A stretch of 64,000 nt of DNA from Plasmodiophora brassicae. Taxonomy: Eukaryota. The notes beneath the pieces were generated by a model. It was not told where the DNA came from. It saw nothing but the letters and a program-made list of their open reading frames with translations, and made no database searches. Below are positions 45,962 through 57,458 of this stretch, piece by piece. Within the stretch, counting starts at the first letter, position 1. The number at the start of each line of letters is the position of its first letter. Location of the stretch: contig CP145413.1 in NCBI GenBank assembly GCA_036867785.1, positions 1,116,001 to 1,180,000 of the forward strand. The letters run 5' to 3'. Both the position numbers and the translations under genes were made by a program.

Positions 45962-48900
45962 TTAACCGTCGTTCCTTCGGATGTATTTCACCGTGCCGTT
46001 CGTGCCGGCGCAGATCAGGTGGCCGGATGCCGTGACGTCGACGCAGGTGACGCCGAACGACGCGTGGAAGTACCGGCGCGCGTCGAACAGGGCGGGGAAT
46101 TCGGCGTGCAGGTCGAGCGTGGACGCATCCCAGATGCGGACGCAGCCGTCGCTGTCGCCCGAGATGATGGCGTCGTGCAGGTCGTCGAAGGCCAGGGCGG
46201 TGATGCGGCCGTGGTGCGCCTTGTCGACGTGGGCGACCGGTTGCGTCGGGGGCCCGCGCAGGTCGAACACGTCGAGGTGACCGGCGGAGTTCCCAGCGAC
46301 GAGTTGCTGGCGTCGGCCGACGTACGACAACGCGGCGACGCCCCGTTGTCCTCGTTGCCGACCTGTGAACCCGTTGACGAGGGACTGCCTTGGCGGCAGG
46401 AGCAGGTCCCAGAGACGGACGTTCGAGACGGTCTTGTTCTTGGACGTCCCACCGGTTGCGACCCTACCCCATCGTCGACGCGTTAGCCACACTGCTTAAC
46501 GACGAAACGGGCGGATGGACGGCGGCGTACACGCTCGGGGACGCGACGAATTCCGATGTCCAGCATCGGTCATGGGCTTCCCATGCTTGAAACGGGGCCA
46601 TCGTGCCGGCGTCGAACGAGTAGACCGCGGCGCCGCCGTTGGACTCGGTGACGGCGATTCGCGATCCCAACGAGGGGCGGTCGAAGCGCAGCGAGGTCAC
46701 CGTGCCCTCGAAGTCGACGGGTACTTTGTTCTCGGCGATCGGGCGGGGCTTGCCGAAGTGCCACGTGTACAATGACGATTGCGAGCTCGACACGTCTGGG
46801 GAAGCGGACCTGCATCAGCATTTGCCCAGACAGGGCATCGAGGATGGAAACAGGCTTACAAACGGGGAGCGCAGGGTGGGCGATCAGGGACGAGCACGCC
46901 AGGTCGGGCGTGACGGACGACAGTGGCTGTTGAAGATCGGCGTTAGGCGAGGGCGTACCTTCCGATTGTACAGGCGCACCAACGCTGTCTTCGGAGACGC
47001 TCGCTGTCATCCGGTGGTACACGGGACTGCTGCGAAACAGGCGCTCGCCGAGCGGGACAGGAACCGAAGACGGCAGCGCGGCGGGAACGTCGGGTAAAAC
47101 CAGATGCGCACGCAGCAGGGGCACCGGGAACATATACCTTCGAACGATAACTCAGACGTCCTGCAACGTGCGACCGGTTCCGCCCACGTACTCATCGTAT
47201 GCTGCAGCGGAGCGCTCCTCTAGCGAGTCGAACCGATGCCGGCATCCTTCCTGGAGGACAGGCGGGCCTGAGTCGTGTCATAGCGACAACGTAGACAGGG
47301 CAGACTAACCCAGGAGGGCAGCTCGTCCTCTAGGAGCTCGTGCGAGTCCCGTGATCGCGTCCGGAACCGGAGCGCCGACTCCAGGTTGATTTCGCGGATC
47401 GATTTGCGAACGGCCACCGCTAACGAGGACGGGTCGCATCGATTGAAAGCAACGCCGACGACGAGCTCAGAAGGCAAGCGGAAGATCTGGAAGCAGGCTG
47501 TCATTATTGTTGCAACAAGAGACATTGGAACACAACCCACATCAACAGGGCGGAAGAAAGGTCCAGTGGAGCAAACGTTCTCAATGTCTGTTGCTAAGCA
47601 AGAGGCAACCCGTTGTGCATCAGTGGAGACGAACAGGTGGTGCAGGGGGCTGGTCAGGGGTGCTATACTAATAAGAGGGCTGGCCTGTGCCTTCGTGAAG
47701 CCATCGTAACGTACCTGGCGAACGCAGCGGCGCGAGGACAGTCTCGAGCGACACACCCGATCGTGTCAGGACACGGCAATGATCCAGGGCATCACGAACA
47801 AAGTGGATAAGGTCCTGAAACCAACGTTGAGACGCATAGTTTGGATTCGTTGCATGTAGAACAGTGACTAACGACGGTCATTTCATGGCAAAGGGCCCGC
47901 ATCGCTGATATCAAACCATTGACGTCGTCGTACGATTCGTGATCGACAGGTGGCATCGCCTTGCTGACTAGAATCTCTACCATGCGGGACAGGCAAAGGC
48001 ATTCCAGAAGGCGCTGCAGTACCTTAACAATCTCAGGGTCCGAATATGGCGAGTCAACAATGGATTCGATTGGTGACGGGTCAGCATCATTGGGGCGACT
48101 CCACGTCTCAGACCTGTCCTCCCCAAACGCTTCGACCATGGCGTCCGACCTCACGCGAAGCAGGCGCACAAGCAGAGCAAGGTCGTGTCGACTGATCAGA
48201 AACGCGCCTGTCCACAATGCGGCGCTGGCGCGGTACGACGTCGGCGAGGAACGAATGGCGCGGCACGCATCCCGAATGGAATCTCGATAGCGGTATGCCA
48301 GGTCCAAGTCTGACGATTGGAATACTCTCGTCATGACCCTGAGGATATCGCTAAGACATCCATCAACGGCAAAGAAGCGGTGCGATCGTTGAAACAGCTC
48401 GAGCGGTTTGCGCACGACTTCCGCTGGCAGGCCTACGAAACGCGAGATTCCTTCGATATCCTCGGAAAGGACTTTGGAAGATGCTGCACGAACAGACAAC
48501 GCCGATCGTGCAAATCGCAAGAGGAACGGATGTCCCGTGTACCGATCCCGGTCCTTCAGAAGGTTGACGATGGCTAGGAACGGCCATCCCCGTTGAGCAT
48601 ATCCAGACGCACACTCTAGCACAGGGGGAGGCTCCTTTCCGATTGCGTTAAGAAGGGAATGAACATCAGGCCGAAACGTAGAGGCGTTGTCGTCAACGAC
48701 CGTAAGGCACTGGATCGATTCTTCCCACTGCCCGCATAGCCAGTGCACGATATGCTGCATCCACTGATTGTGGGAGGCAACGCTCTCAGGAAGGATATCC
48801 TGAAGAATTTCGTATCGGAATGTGCCTAAACGAGACCCACACTGGACATACCTCTTTCAGGATCTGAGCGATCAGCGGCGAATCGGCGCCACCCACAAGC

Positions 48901-51900
48901 CGACATATAACAAGGGCAAGCTGTGGGTCATGCATGTTTCGCAGGCACACTGCTACTGCGTCCTGAAGACTCTCAGCCAAGATGAACAGAGCAATTGCAG
49001 ACCAGAACCTGCGAATTCGCTAATTAAGCAAATAAAAGACCAGCGTGCACGACGTGCCCTCACTTTCGGGTAGATACAAACTCGAAGGCATTCTTGATAG
49101 CGGCACTGCGCCTAACCTCGACATACTCATTCAGGCTGAAAATACACGACGGTACACAGGCTTACCAACGAGCATCGTTGAAGTCCCGCGAAAAAAAATC
49201 CCACATTAGACGTTGGCCAGGGGACGATTTTAGCAATGCCAGGAACACAGACTTCTTGCCCAGCATCATATACCACAGCATGGCGCGAAGAGGGTTGCGA
49301 TCCTCCACAAACTGGTTCTTGGCAATGAATTCAACGACCCTGCGAAGCTCAGGGACCGACGTCAACCAGTACCCTGCTCCAAGGGCTTGGAACGCGTTCC
49401 AGTCGGGAATCGAGGGCGGAAAACACAGATGAGCCAGGGCGCTCTGTGACGATGAATGAAGTGCCCATGCAATGTCGACCTCGTCAAGCTGTGGCACCCT
49501 TCGCGATTGATGTGCGACCCGTTCGAATTCAAACAGGCGAGCCGCGACCATAAAGCGAGTTCCAGATATGTCCAAGTCTGCAGAATCTTGTTTAAGGCGC
49601 AGCAGCGTCCTAGCGACCACGACCAGTTGAAGGTTTTCTGGAGGCGTCAGCAAATGAATAGAACGCATGGTCAACGCTTCCGTTAAATCTGCCAGGTCCT
49701 TCTCCGAGAATGACACATGTTCCCTAGAGATGCTCGAATCTAACAAGACAGATAATGGAATCGCAGGAGCCATATCGTTTTGTTCCGTCACCGAATCAAT
49801 AACCATTGATACGATAGTCTCGACCATCTCAGAGTGCCCCGTCATGAGCAGTTCCGTCAACAGGGACGGGTGGTAGACAGGTACAGGCATAATCGAAGTG
49901 ATGGAATCGCCTGACAGCATGGACTCCACAACGACCATGTATCGGCCGGCAGCAATGAGAAGCGTGCCCGATTGCGAGCACGCCAACGCCGTAATCTGGC
50001 GACCAGATAGCAACGGGTGAGGAAGGTCGACACGGGCCTCGATTGTCTGCCAACGAAGCGACATGAATTCATGGTCACGCAGGACATGGTCTCGATTTGG
50101 CATGTGCATTTTAACGGAAAGCGACGTATCTGATGCCCTATCAACAGAAACCAACCGCAACAGACAGTCGCCGAGGTCAGCCCATCGAAGATAACTGGAT
50201 TGCGATTCCAAAGAATGAACAAAACGCAACGAAGGTGCTGTGGGGTCAACTTCCCAGACGGTAATCGTTACGCCACTCAGTACGGCGATTCTGTCAGCGA
50301 GCGGATCAAACGCAATGTCAACGATCGGGTCAGATAGCGTCCTCGACACAGGATGCTCAGTCCATTGCCAATCCGTCATCGATACGGACCAAAACTTGAG
50401 GTTCCGTCCTGAGCCGATGCACAGCCCTCCCAAGAGGCCGTCATCGTATAAGGCAAAGTCGAACGCGTCGATGGGTTCAGGGGCTGCAAGCTCTGAGACA
50501 TGACGAACGATCGGCGTCGATGATGGCACAGAGTATATGACCACCACATTGCGATAAACTACAGCAAGGAAAGGTTGGGAGCCTTTCTTTACCACACGTA
50601 AACCAACAAATGTCTCTCCATTCTGGACTCCTTCCAGAGGCGTTACTGTCCAACGCCCATTGGACGAACGAGAAAGAATGCAAACCGAAACACAATCGAC
50701 CGCTTGCCTGACCGTGAATAGGGCCGGCTCGCAAGGGTGCCAGTAAAGGTATTGAAATGGGCCCGGGAAGTCTGCGACGAGAAGCAGGCCTTCGCCGTGG
50801 GATTGGAATTCCAACGGGGACAAAGGGTGCAGACGGGCCATTTGCCAGATTACGACACGGCCCGAGTCGTCTCGGGAAGCAACGAAAGGTAGATCCTTGG
50901 AGCATTGTACGTCTCGAATCGGCGCAACATGACCTCCAGTGCTGGTTAGTCTTGAGACGATTCGATCCGGAACAGAAATCGATTCACAATCGATGCGTCC
51001 ATCAATATCAACGCCAGTGGCAAAGACGGTCTCGGGTTGAGGTTGCATTGCACCGGGCGCGACGTCAGACGGTGGACTTTCCCAGGAGCAGGGACGACTG
51101 AAGCATGCAGAGCAATGCAGAATAAACAATGACTTGTCAAGATGGTTCCATCCTGGCAACGAAATTCGATAAAACTCCAGAACGCGGACGACTGGACGCG
51201 GTTGAATAAAAGCACCGTCGACACAGGTGATGATCAAATGGCCGCTGTTATCAACAGTGGCGACCCAAAGAAGGCGTGTTTGGCGAGCATGCCCGTTTGA
51301 CGCATCCGCCACCGGCCTTTCAGTTGCCAAGCGGCGTTTCCTCATGACGATGAATGACGCACCCAGGATGTCGCTATACCTGGAGACGGCGACGAAGCCC
51401 CCATCAGCAAGTTCAATGTATAGAGTCGCGAACCCTCGCGAGTAAACAAACAATGCGTTCCTCAATGTCGCGTCAGTGCACCATTCCATCGTTGCTGTCG
51501 GACCGCCGATGGGGAACGACGATTTCAACTGAAGCGTGGGTGCTTTCATGCACATGATAGATACAGATTCCGAGGTTCGGAAGGCCAAGTGCCGAGAGTC
51601 AGGCGACGGATGCAGTCTTCCGGTACTGGAACCATTCCAGACACGAATTGCAGGATCATCGTTGGAGTCGTCACGAGCCCAGATGCCCTCTTCGTCCGCG
51701 TAAAGGATCCGGTTACCACTTCCCAGAGCGACCGCTACGACGTTGGTGGCCAACGGAAATGATGCGGAATCTTCGACACGACCGTCGTCTAGGTACTTCA
51801 ACGTGGCCAGGAATAGGCTACCAGTAGACTTGTCGACATAGACAGCCGCCACTCGAGACCGATCGGCATCAAGGGCGACAACATCGCCACCAACCGCAAC

Positions 51901-52044
51901 GACGCAGCGGGCGCCCCGACCGGGAACCCAGACAATGACGTGGTCACCGCGTCCCACAACAACCCTGTCGGTGCCCGGCACGCAACATGACAGCTGTTGC
52001 GATGTCGCGCCGCCCCATGACCCCACAAAGGCCTTCCTCGTCAT
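45962..52044 (-). CDS. Rav1/DmX-like (Rabconnectin-3 alpha) WD40 protein, V-ATPase assembly regulator, multi-exon
   Basis: Rav1p_C motifs WNAFQALGAGYWL, AKNQF..RNPLRAMLWY, FFSRDFNDARW, AAIKNAF and LQDAVAVCLRNMHDPQLALVICRL; WD40 repeats at both ends (NVRLWD, ISGDSDGCVRIWD). Confidence 0.88.
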
Positions 52045-52151
52045 CTGCTCGGCAATGGCCCCATGGCAGTCTGCAACCGCGGGGCCTGCAAAAATCGGAA
52101 CTACAGGTCCGTGCGTGTGTTTTGTGGAGCGCAGCGCGCGACACCCATTCC

Positions 52152-53413
52152 ATGCGACAGCAGGAGCTGCCGTTCTCTTACTGGGGGCTGCAATCCACCT
52201 ACTGGTCCTTCGTGCGCATTCTTATTTGCGACATATATCGACTGGGGGCCTTCCGTGAGCATCCTGGTCAGGCCGCGGGCTGACGTGCACAACTGCTGCT
52301 ATATGATTGTGGTGTCAGGCTGCAGTTTCTCGCTGTGCGGCCGCCCGATTCAGCGCGTCTGTATCGTCGGCGTTATCGTCGAGGCGCGCCTGCATGCGAC
52401 AAACCTGGTCGTCATGATCGACGACGGGACGGGTATTATATCGGCGACGTACTGGTTTAATGAACCAGGTAGCTGTGCGGATCACCTTGCTCTTGGCAAC
52501 CGGGTCCTCGTACATGGTCGACTGTCGACGTATAGAAATGAGCCCCAAATCCAGATCACATCTTCAGGTATCATCTATGTTATGTCATTCCTTAATACTG
52601 CGTTAATATGCGTTTGAGGTAGGTATCCTTCATGACCCAAATGCCGAAGTTCTTCACTGGATCCAAGCGGTTCATTTGTACCAAACCGTGTACAGTCAGC
52701 CAGATGCCGTTGCAGACTCTGTTAGGAGGACTATCGAGTCGTCGGCACCTTCGTTTACTTCTGCCCAGAGCACGAACTTGTCGGTCGGCACAGCCTTGCC
52801 TGGAACAGCATTCTCAAACGTTTCTTTGTAGGCCTTCCACTGCATCTGATGATCTGCGGAAATGCTGCATGCGTCTGTTCTCGCATGGAAACGCGCTTGC
52901 ATTCGCAGATATTTGTAATGACGATAACGTCGTCATGAAAGCCGCCGCCACCTTGAATTGCAGCGCATCCCCGAATGACATTGCTTTGGTACCTGGCGTG
53001 AGATTGCCTAGTGGTCGGAGGCAGGCTAAGCGTAAAGCATGCAGGCTGTCGCGAGAGCAATTGCCCAATGTGTTGCTCGTGGGCATTTGATCCAAGTTTG
53101 TGAAGGTCGCGACGAATACATGCTCCTGGACGCCAAGGCCCACCTTGCTGATCCTATTGTCCAAATCCTGCGGCACCAAAACCAGGTACGCGTCCGACGA
53201 TTCCCAGTGCCGCATAGAGTTCCTGACGTGGAATAGATTACCGTTTCCCAGTTGCGATCGCAGCTGTGCTCTCATCCACGTTACCGCGGGGTCAGCTTGG
53301 AATCTATCAAAGAAGCGATCAGATACCTCCAGTCTTTAGGAACCGTTAGCCTCGATTCAACAAACAAATACATCACGCTGTTATCATACGCCCACGTACG
53401 CGTTGCGTCGTAA
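52152..53413 (+). CDS. STN1: CST complex subunit STN1 (RPA2-like OB fold plus winged-helix-like C-terminus), multi-exon
   Basis: YWGLQSTYW, PIQRVCIVGVIV, IDDGTGII..YW, LGNRVLVHGRLSTYRNEPQI and DPNAEVLHWIQAVHLYQTVY. Confidence 0.75.
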
Positions 53414-53444
53414 CCGCAGGAGTACAAACTTATAGAGTACGTAT

Positions 53445-55365
53445 TTATCTCTTCGCAGACGTCTCCGCTTGGCCAACGCCTTCCGAAATTGCCGTCTCGT
53501 TTACGGGCCAGCCAGTCGACACGAACAAGTCGAAGATCCTGTTCGTCTTGTTGACGTCAATCCGGAGGAGTTGGGATGGCACCGCGTTGAGCAGCCCTCG
53601 ACTTGAGCTCTCCTTGACAATGCGATCTTTCAGCGCCTTCAGTTGCAGAGGTTCAAGTCGAAGTTTCGTGCACAGAGCAATCTCGTGTGCGTTCAAGGCC
53701 TCGAAGCCCGGCTTGGACCGATCCAGCTGCCACGATGGGGATGCAGCAGTGCGGCGGGATACATCCTCCATCGGCTTCGGTGGTGCCCCTTCATCGTCGG
53801 CCTTGGATACTTCATTATCAGCACTCAAGCGCCGCCTCCGAGAAGATCCAGTCTGCTAACTTAAGTCTTAGCAGAGATGCTGACAGAGCCCGGTGCCTTC
53901 CAACTTACCAATTTCGGCCCCATCGATAGATAATCGACTTTGTCCTTGTCCTTGCGAAGCACTTTGTTTGCTTCGCGCTTCTTCTTTTCGATTTCATATT
54001 GAACACTTTCGCTAAGAGTTTGAATGCCCATTAGCCTGTGTTCCTGCAACTGTTCAATACGCTTCCGCAAACGGTTCTCATTGATGAGCCCTGCAAAGGG
54101 AAGTCAGGGACGCCCACTCTGGTATAGCGTGCGCCCGTACCCTGAATGAATTTCGCATGGTCTTCTTTGCTCTGAAACCGGGCAAAGCAGGCCATCTTCT
54201 GGCACAGATCGCGCTCTTCGCGACTGCGCTTTCGTCCCTAAAGACAGGAGATCAGCATCACCGTACGAAAGACCCTCGACGTGCAGTGCATACACTCGGT
54301 ATAAGAAGCTCACGGTCCAATATGAAATCCTTTCGACGCTGCCTTTCATCCAGCGTCTTGTTATAGATCGCGATGACGTCCAGCTTCAGACGTCGTTCTT
54401 CAGGGGAATCAGTCGGCAGGAACTCCATATCCGACAGGTACTTCTCGGCCTCGTTATCGTATTCCGTGTCGAAATCGCCTGATCCATGAGATCAGCACAA
54501 CCATCCATACGAACATAGGCAGCGTAACGAACCTCGCTTGGCGCAATACCCCACCATTCGCGCCAGGCTCTCCTGCGCTTTCGCAGGCGGCGCAGTCGAC
54601 GGTTTCGCGCTGCCTGCTTTCTTGCCCATCGACGCTGATGCCGGTTCCGCTCCCGGCTCCGACAGAATCGACAGTCTCCTGTCGATTGGGACGCTAACTG
54701 GACCATCCTTCTTATAGTCCTACACCGACCCGCTAAGCTTAAGAGTTCGATATTCCCGACAATGCCGCGCGTCGTACCTTGAAATCAAGAAGTGGGGCAT
54801 CCATCTGAGGGAGCGGTGCCGTCGCACCAGACAGATACACTGCAGTGTAATGCGCCTGGCACTTCTGTTTGGATTTCGTGCCGACGTATTCAGCGATGTC
54901 GGCCCAGTTCCCAAAGCCGCACGCCACGATGCCTTCGAGCAGCAAGCGCTCTTCGTCGGCGCCCCAATCCCGATCAAAAATCGGTTCGCTGATATACTCG
55001 ATGACGCGATACGGGTGGTCGTTCTTATGCGACAGCATTTCCACGCCCGTTGAGAAGCATTCCAAGCAGAGGTCGAAATCGGTGCATTCAGCGCACCGGA
55101 TTCGAACGGTCGTAGAAATATCCTTCCGGCAATAATCGCATTCGTAACGATTCGCACCGGCTGCAAACCCGAACCATGAGCGGTCGATCGAAACGCCACA
55201 ACCGACCACGACGATACCTTTCTTCTTGGGCGGTTCGACCACTTCCGGCACTTCCGGTTCGGGAGCTGCCGGCGCACTCGCCCGCCGCTGTCGTTTCTGT
55301 TCGCGTCTGTGAAAACTGTCAGCGGATGACGATATCGTCGTGAGCGTCGCGATCGCCTCACCCAT
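53445..55365 (-). CDS. ADA2: Transcriptional adaptor ADA2 (ZZ finger, SANT, SWIRM), multi-exon
   Basis: YECDYCRKDIS..RIRCAECTDFDLCLECF; WGADEERLLLEGI..GFGNWADIAEYVG; DFDTEYDNEAE; IDVNKTNRIFDLFVSTGW. Confidence 0.95.
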
Positions 55366-56423
55366 CCGTGTCGCCCATCGCGGCACACCGACCTACCGCG
55401 CACTGAACTGCTTCCGCAAAACTCCGTGACCATGACATACATCTCGCCAAGCAGGGCCTGTGAACACGACTAGGCACAAGCGAACAGGCGGCTGTGTACA
55501 CACGAAGGACGTCCTCGGGTGGCATAGGTTGCGATCACGCAAACGTGTCCGCTGCTGGGAAGGTCGACACGGATTTTGGCCAGAGGTCAGCGAAGATCAA
55601 GGCGCGTTTGCTGGACAACTGATGACAGGGCACACTCAATCTCGACGGAGTCCAGTTTCTTGCGAAGGAGTATAGGACCTTGGGGCTTCGTAAATGTCTG
55701 GCGCCGCGACACCTCGTTGCAGATACGTTCAACGCCGGTCAGTGTCGCACGGGACGGAGGTCGCTCTTAGTTTCTCGTACCGTGATGGTGGTGACGCCGA
55801 CAAGGATCGACAACGCCAGGCCTGGTGCCGCCATCTCGAGGTGCAGTATCGCGAATGCGAACATCACAGGCGGCAACGACACTGAGGTGATAGTGTCCAT
55901 TGATTTCAACCAGGAATGAACGTGGAGGTGTGCAGTGTTCACTGCATCGACTACCATAGCAGCGACTAACCGATCATCCGCTTCGTAAGCAACCCGTTCG
56001 CAACGGCAGCGAAATGGCATCACCTTCGTAGGCAACACGGTCGACTGCAGGTCTGCGCCATACTAAATGTGAGGTCGGCCATTGCAGGATCCAATCCAGA
56101 GCACTGCAGAACGACGAGACGCGCCAATACATAAAGTTCCGCTTCCGGGGCGAACCAGCAACCGCAGCAGCAACCGAGGCCATGATAAACCGACCCGAGA
56201 ACCAAATGAATCGGATCCGGATGAAGGTCGAGTAGGCCAGCGTGGTGCCGGTCGAATCATACATTGCCCGTGAATCGCAGGTAGTATACAGAAATAGTGA
56301 GGTTTGTGTGTCGAACGACGGCATATGTACCGGCATAAACTTGACATTCAATAGTCATCCAAGGAGTTCTGATTCGATGTGCTAGGCAACGGGAAGTTGA
56401 GTATGCACCAGTGACAGAGGGGA

Positions 56424-57244
56424 TCATTGCACATCTCCTAGGCCGGGTAAGGGATCCGGCATGAACCTCGTCATCATGTCCTCCCTGGTCAAGCCGACAA
56501 GCTTCATGTTGATCCACAGCAGGCTGTACGAGAACCTCTCGTGCACCGTGTTTTCGGCCGTAGGCTTCTGGTCGTGCACTTCGACATTGCCCCAGTTTTC
56601 GTACGCTTCGCGAGCCTGGTGAACTGTTTCAAACCATATCTTAGGATCGTTTCGGAACAGACGTTGCACGCAGCCAAATCCCACCAGTTATCGCTGCGCC
56701 AGGGCCACCCTGGAAAGCAATCATGGGGACGTACTCCTGCGAGTCGTGTGGTGGCGGTAACGGAATTTCATCAGGTTGAATCGATATCACGCCGCTGATC
56801 GGAATGTCAAGTTCCTTGCTGGCCGGTACGTTAGACGCAGGGATAAGCACCGGCGCCATGTGGGAAACGAACCATGATATTGCAACGTGAAGGGCCATAG
56901 TGGCGCCCTCCTTATAGCCACCAATGAATACCGGCACGTTCTGCCTACAGATCAATTGCCGGATATCATCCAGGTCCTTCTCGCGCGGTTCGTCTCCCGG
57001 GTACCATGGGTGCGTCCTCGTTTCAGGGTCGTAACGAGCTGGGCGACAGGTCGGACCTCAACCAGTACTCCACATCATCAGATGACCACCAACCACGCGG
57101 CAGCAGCAGCTTGATCTTGTGCTTCAGGCCGCCCGTCTTCATGTACACCTCCCGGAAGTCCTTCGGGCCGACCTGGTTCCCGTGCAAGAAGACCAGCGAC
57201 GTGAAGAACGTCGACGGATCCGCGTCCGTCGTCGACGACGCCAT
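56424..57244 (-). CDS. Phospholipase/carboxylesterase-fold (acyl-protein thioesterase-like) protein lacking the nucleophilic Ser
   Basis: LVFLHG, spliced LLLPRA..PWY, VFIGGYKEGATMAL (canonical GFSQG) and PMIAFQG..DPKIWFE. Confidence 0.65.
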
Positions 57245-57458
57245 CGCCCGTCGTGCCAGCCGACCGCATCGTCCCACACGCAACCGCCGCAAGAGCATCC
57301 CGGGCGACGACGCTGGCGGCGGTCACCCCGCAACGGGACGGGGACAGTCCGAATGCAGTTCGTGCGCAGTCATCTGCACCGCCACATCATGGACCATCGC
57401 AGAGCACAACGCGCACACAACGACACAGTGGGGGAGGGGTGAATTCACAATTTCCGGC

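Noticed and set aside
55460-56350. Unexplained ~900 bp between ADA2 and the esterase-like gene, with a short repeat (GTTGCCTACGAAG/GTTGCTTACGAAG) and faint ankyrin-like words
   Set aside because: No consistent frame, splice pattern or RNA structure could be supported; possibly a decayed gene.
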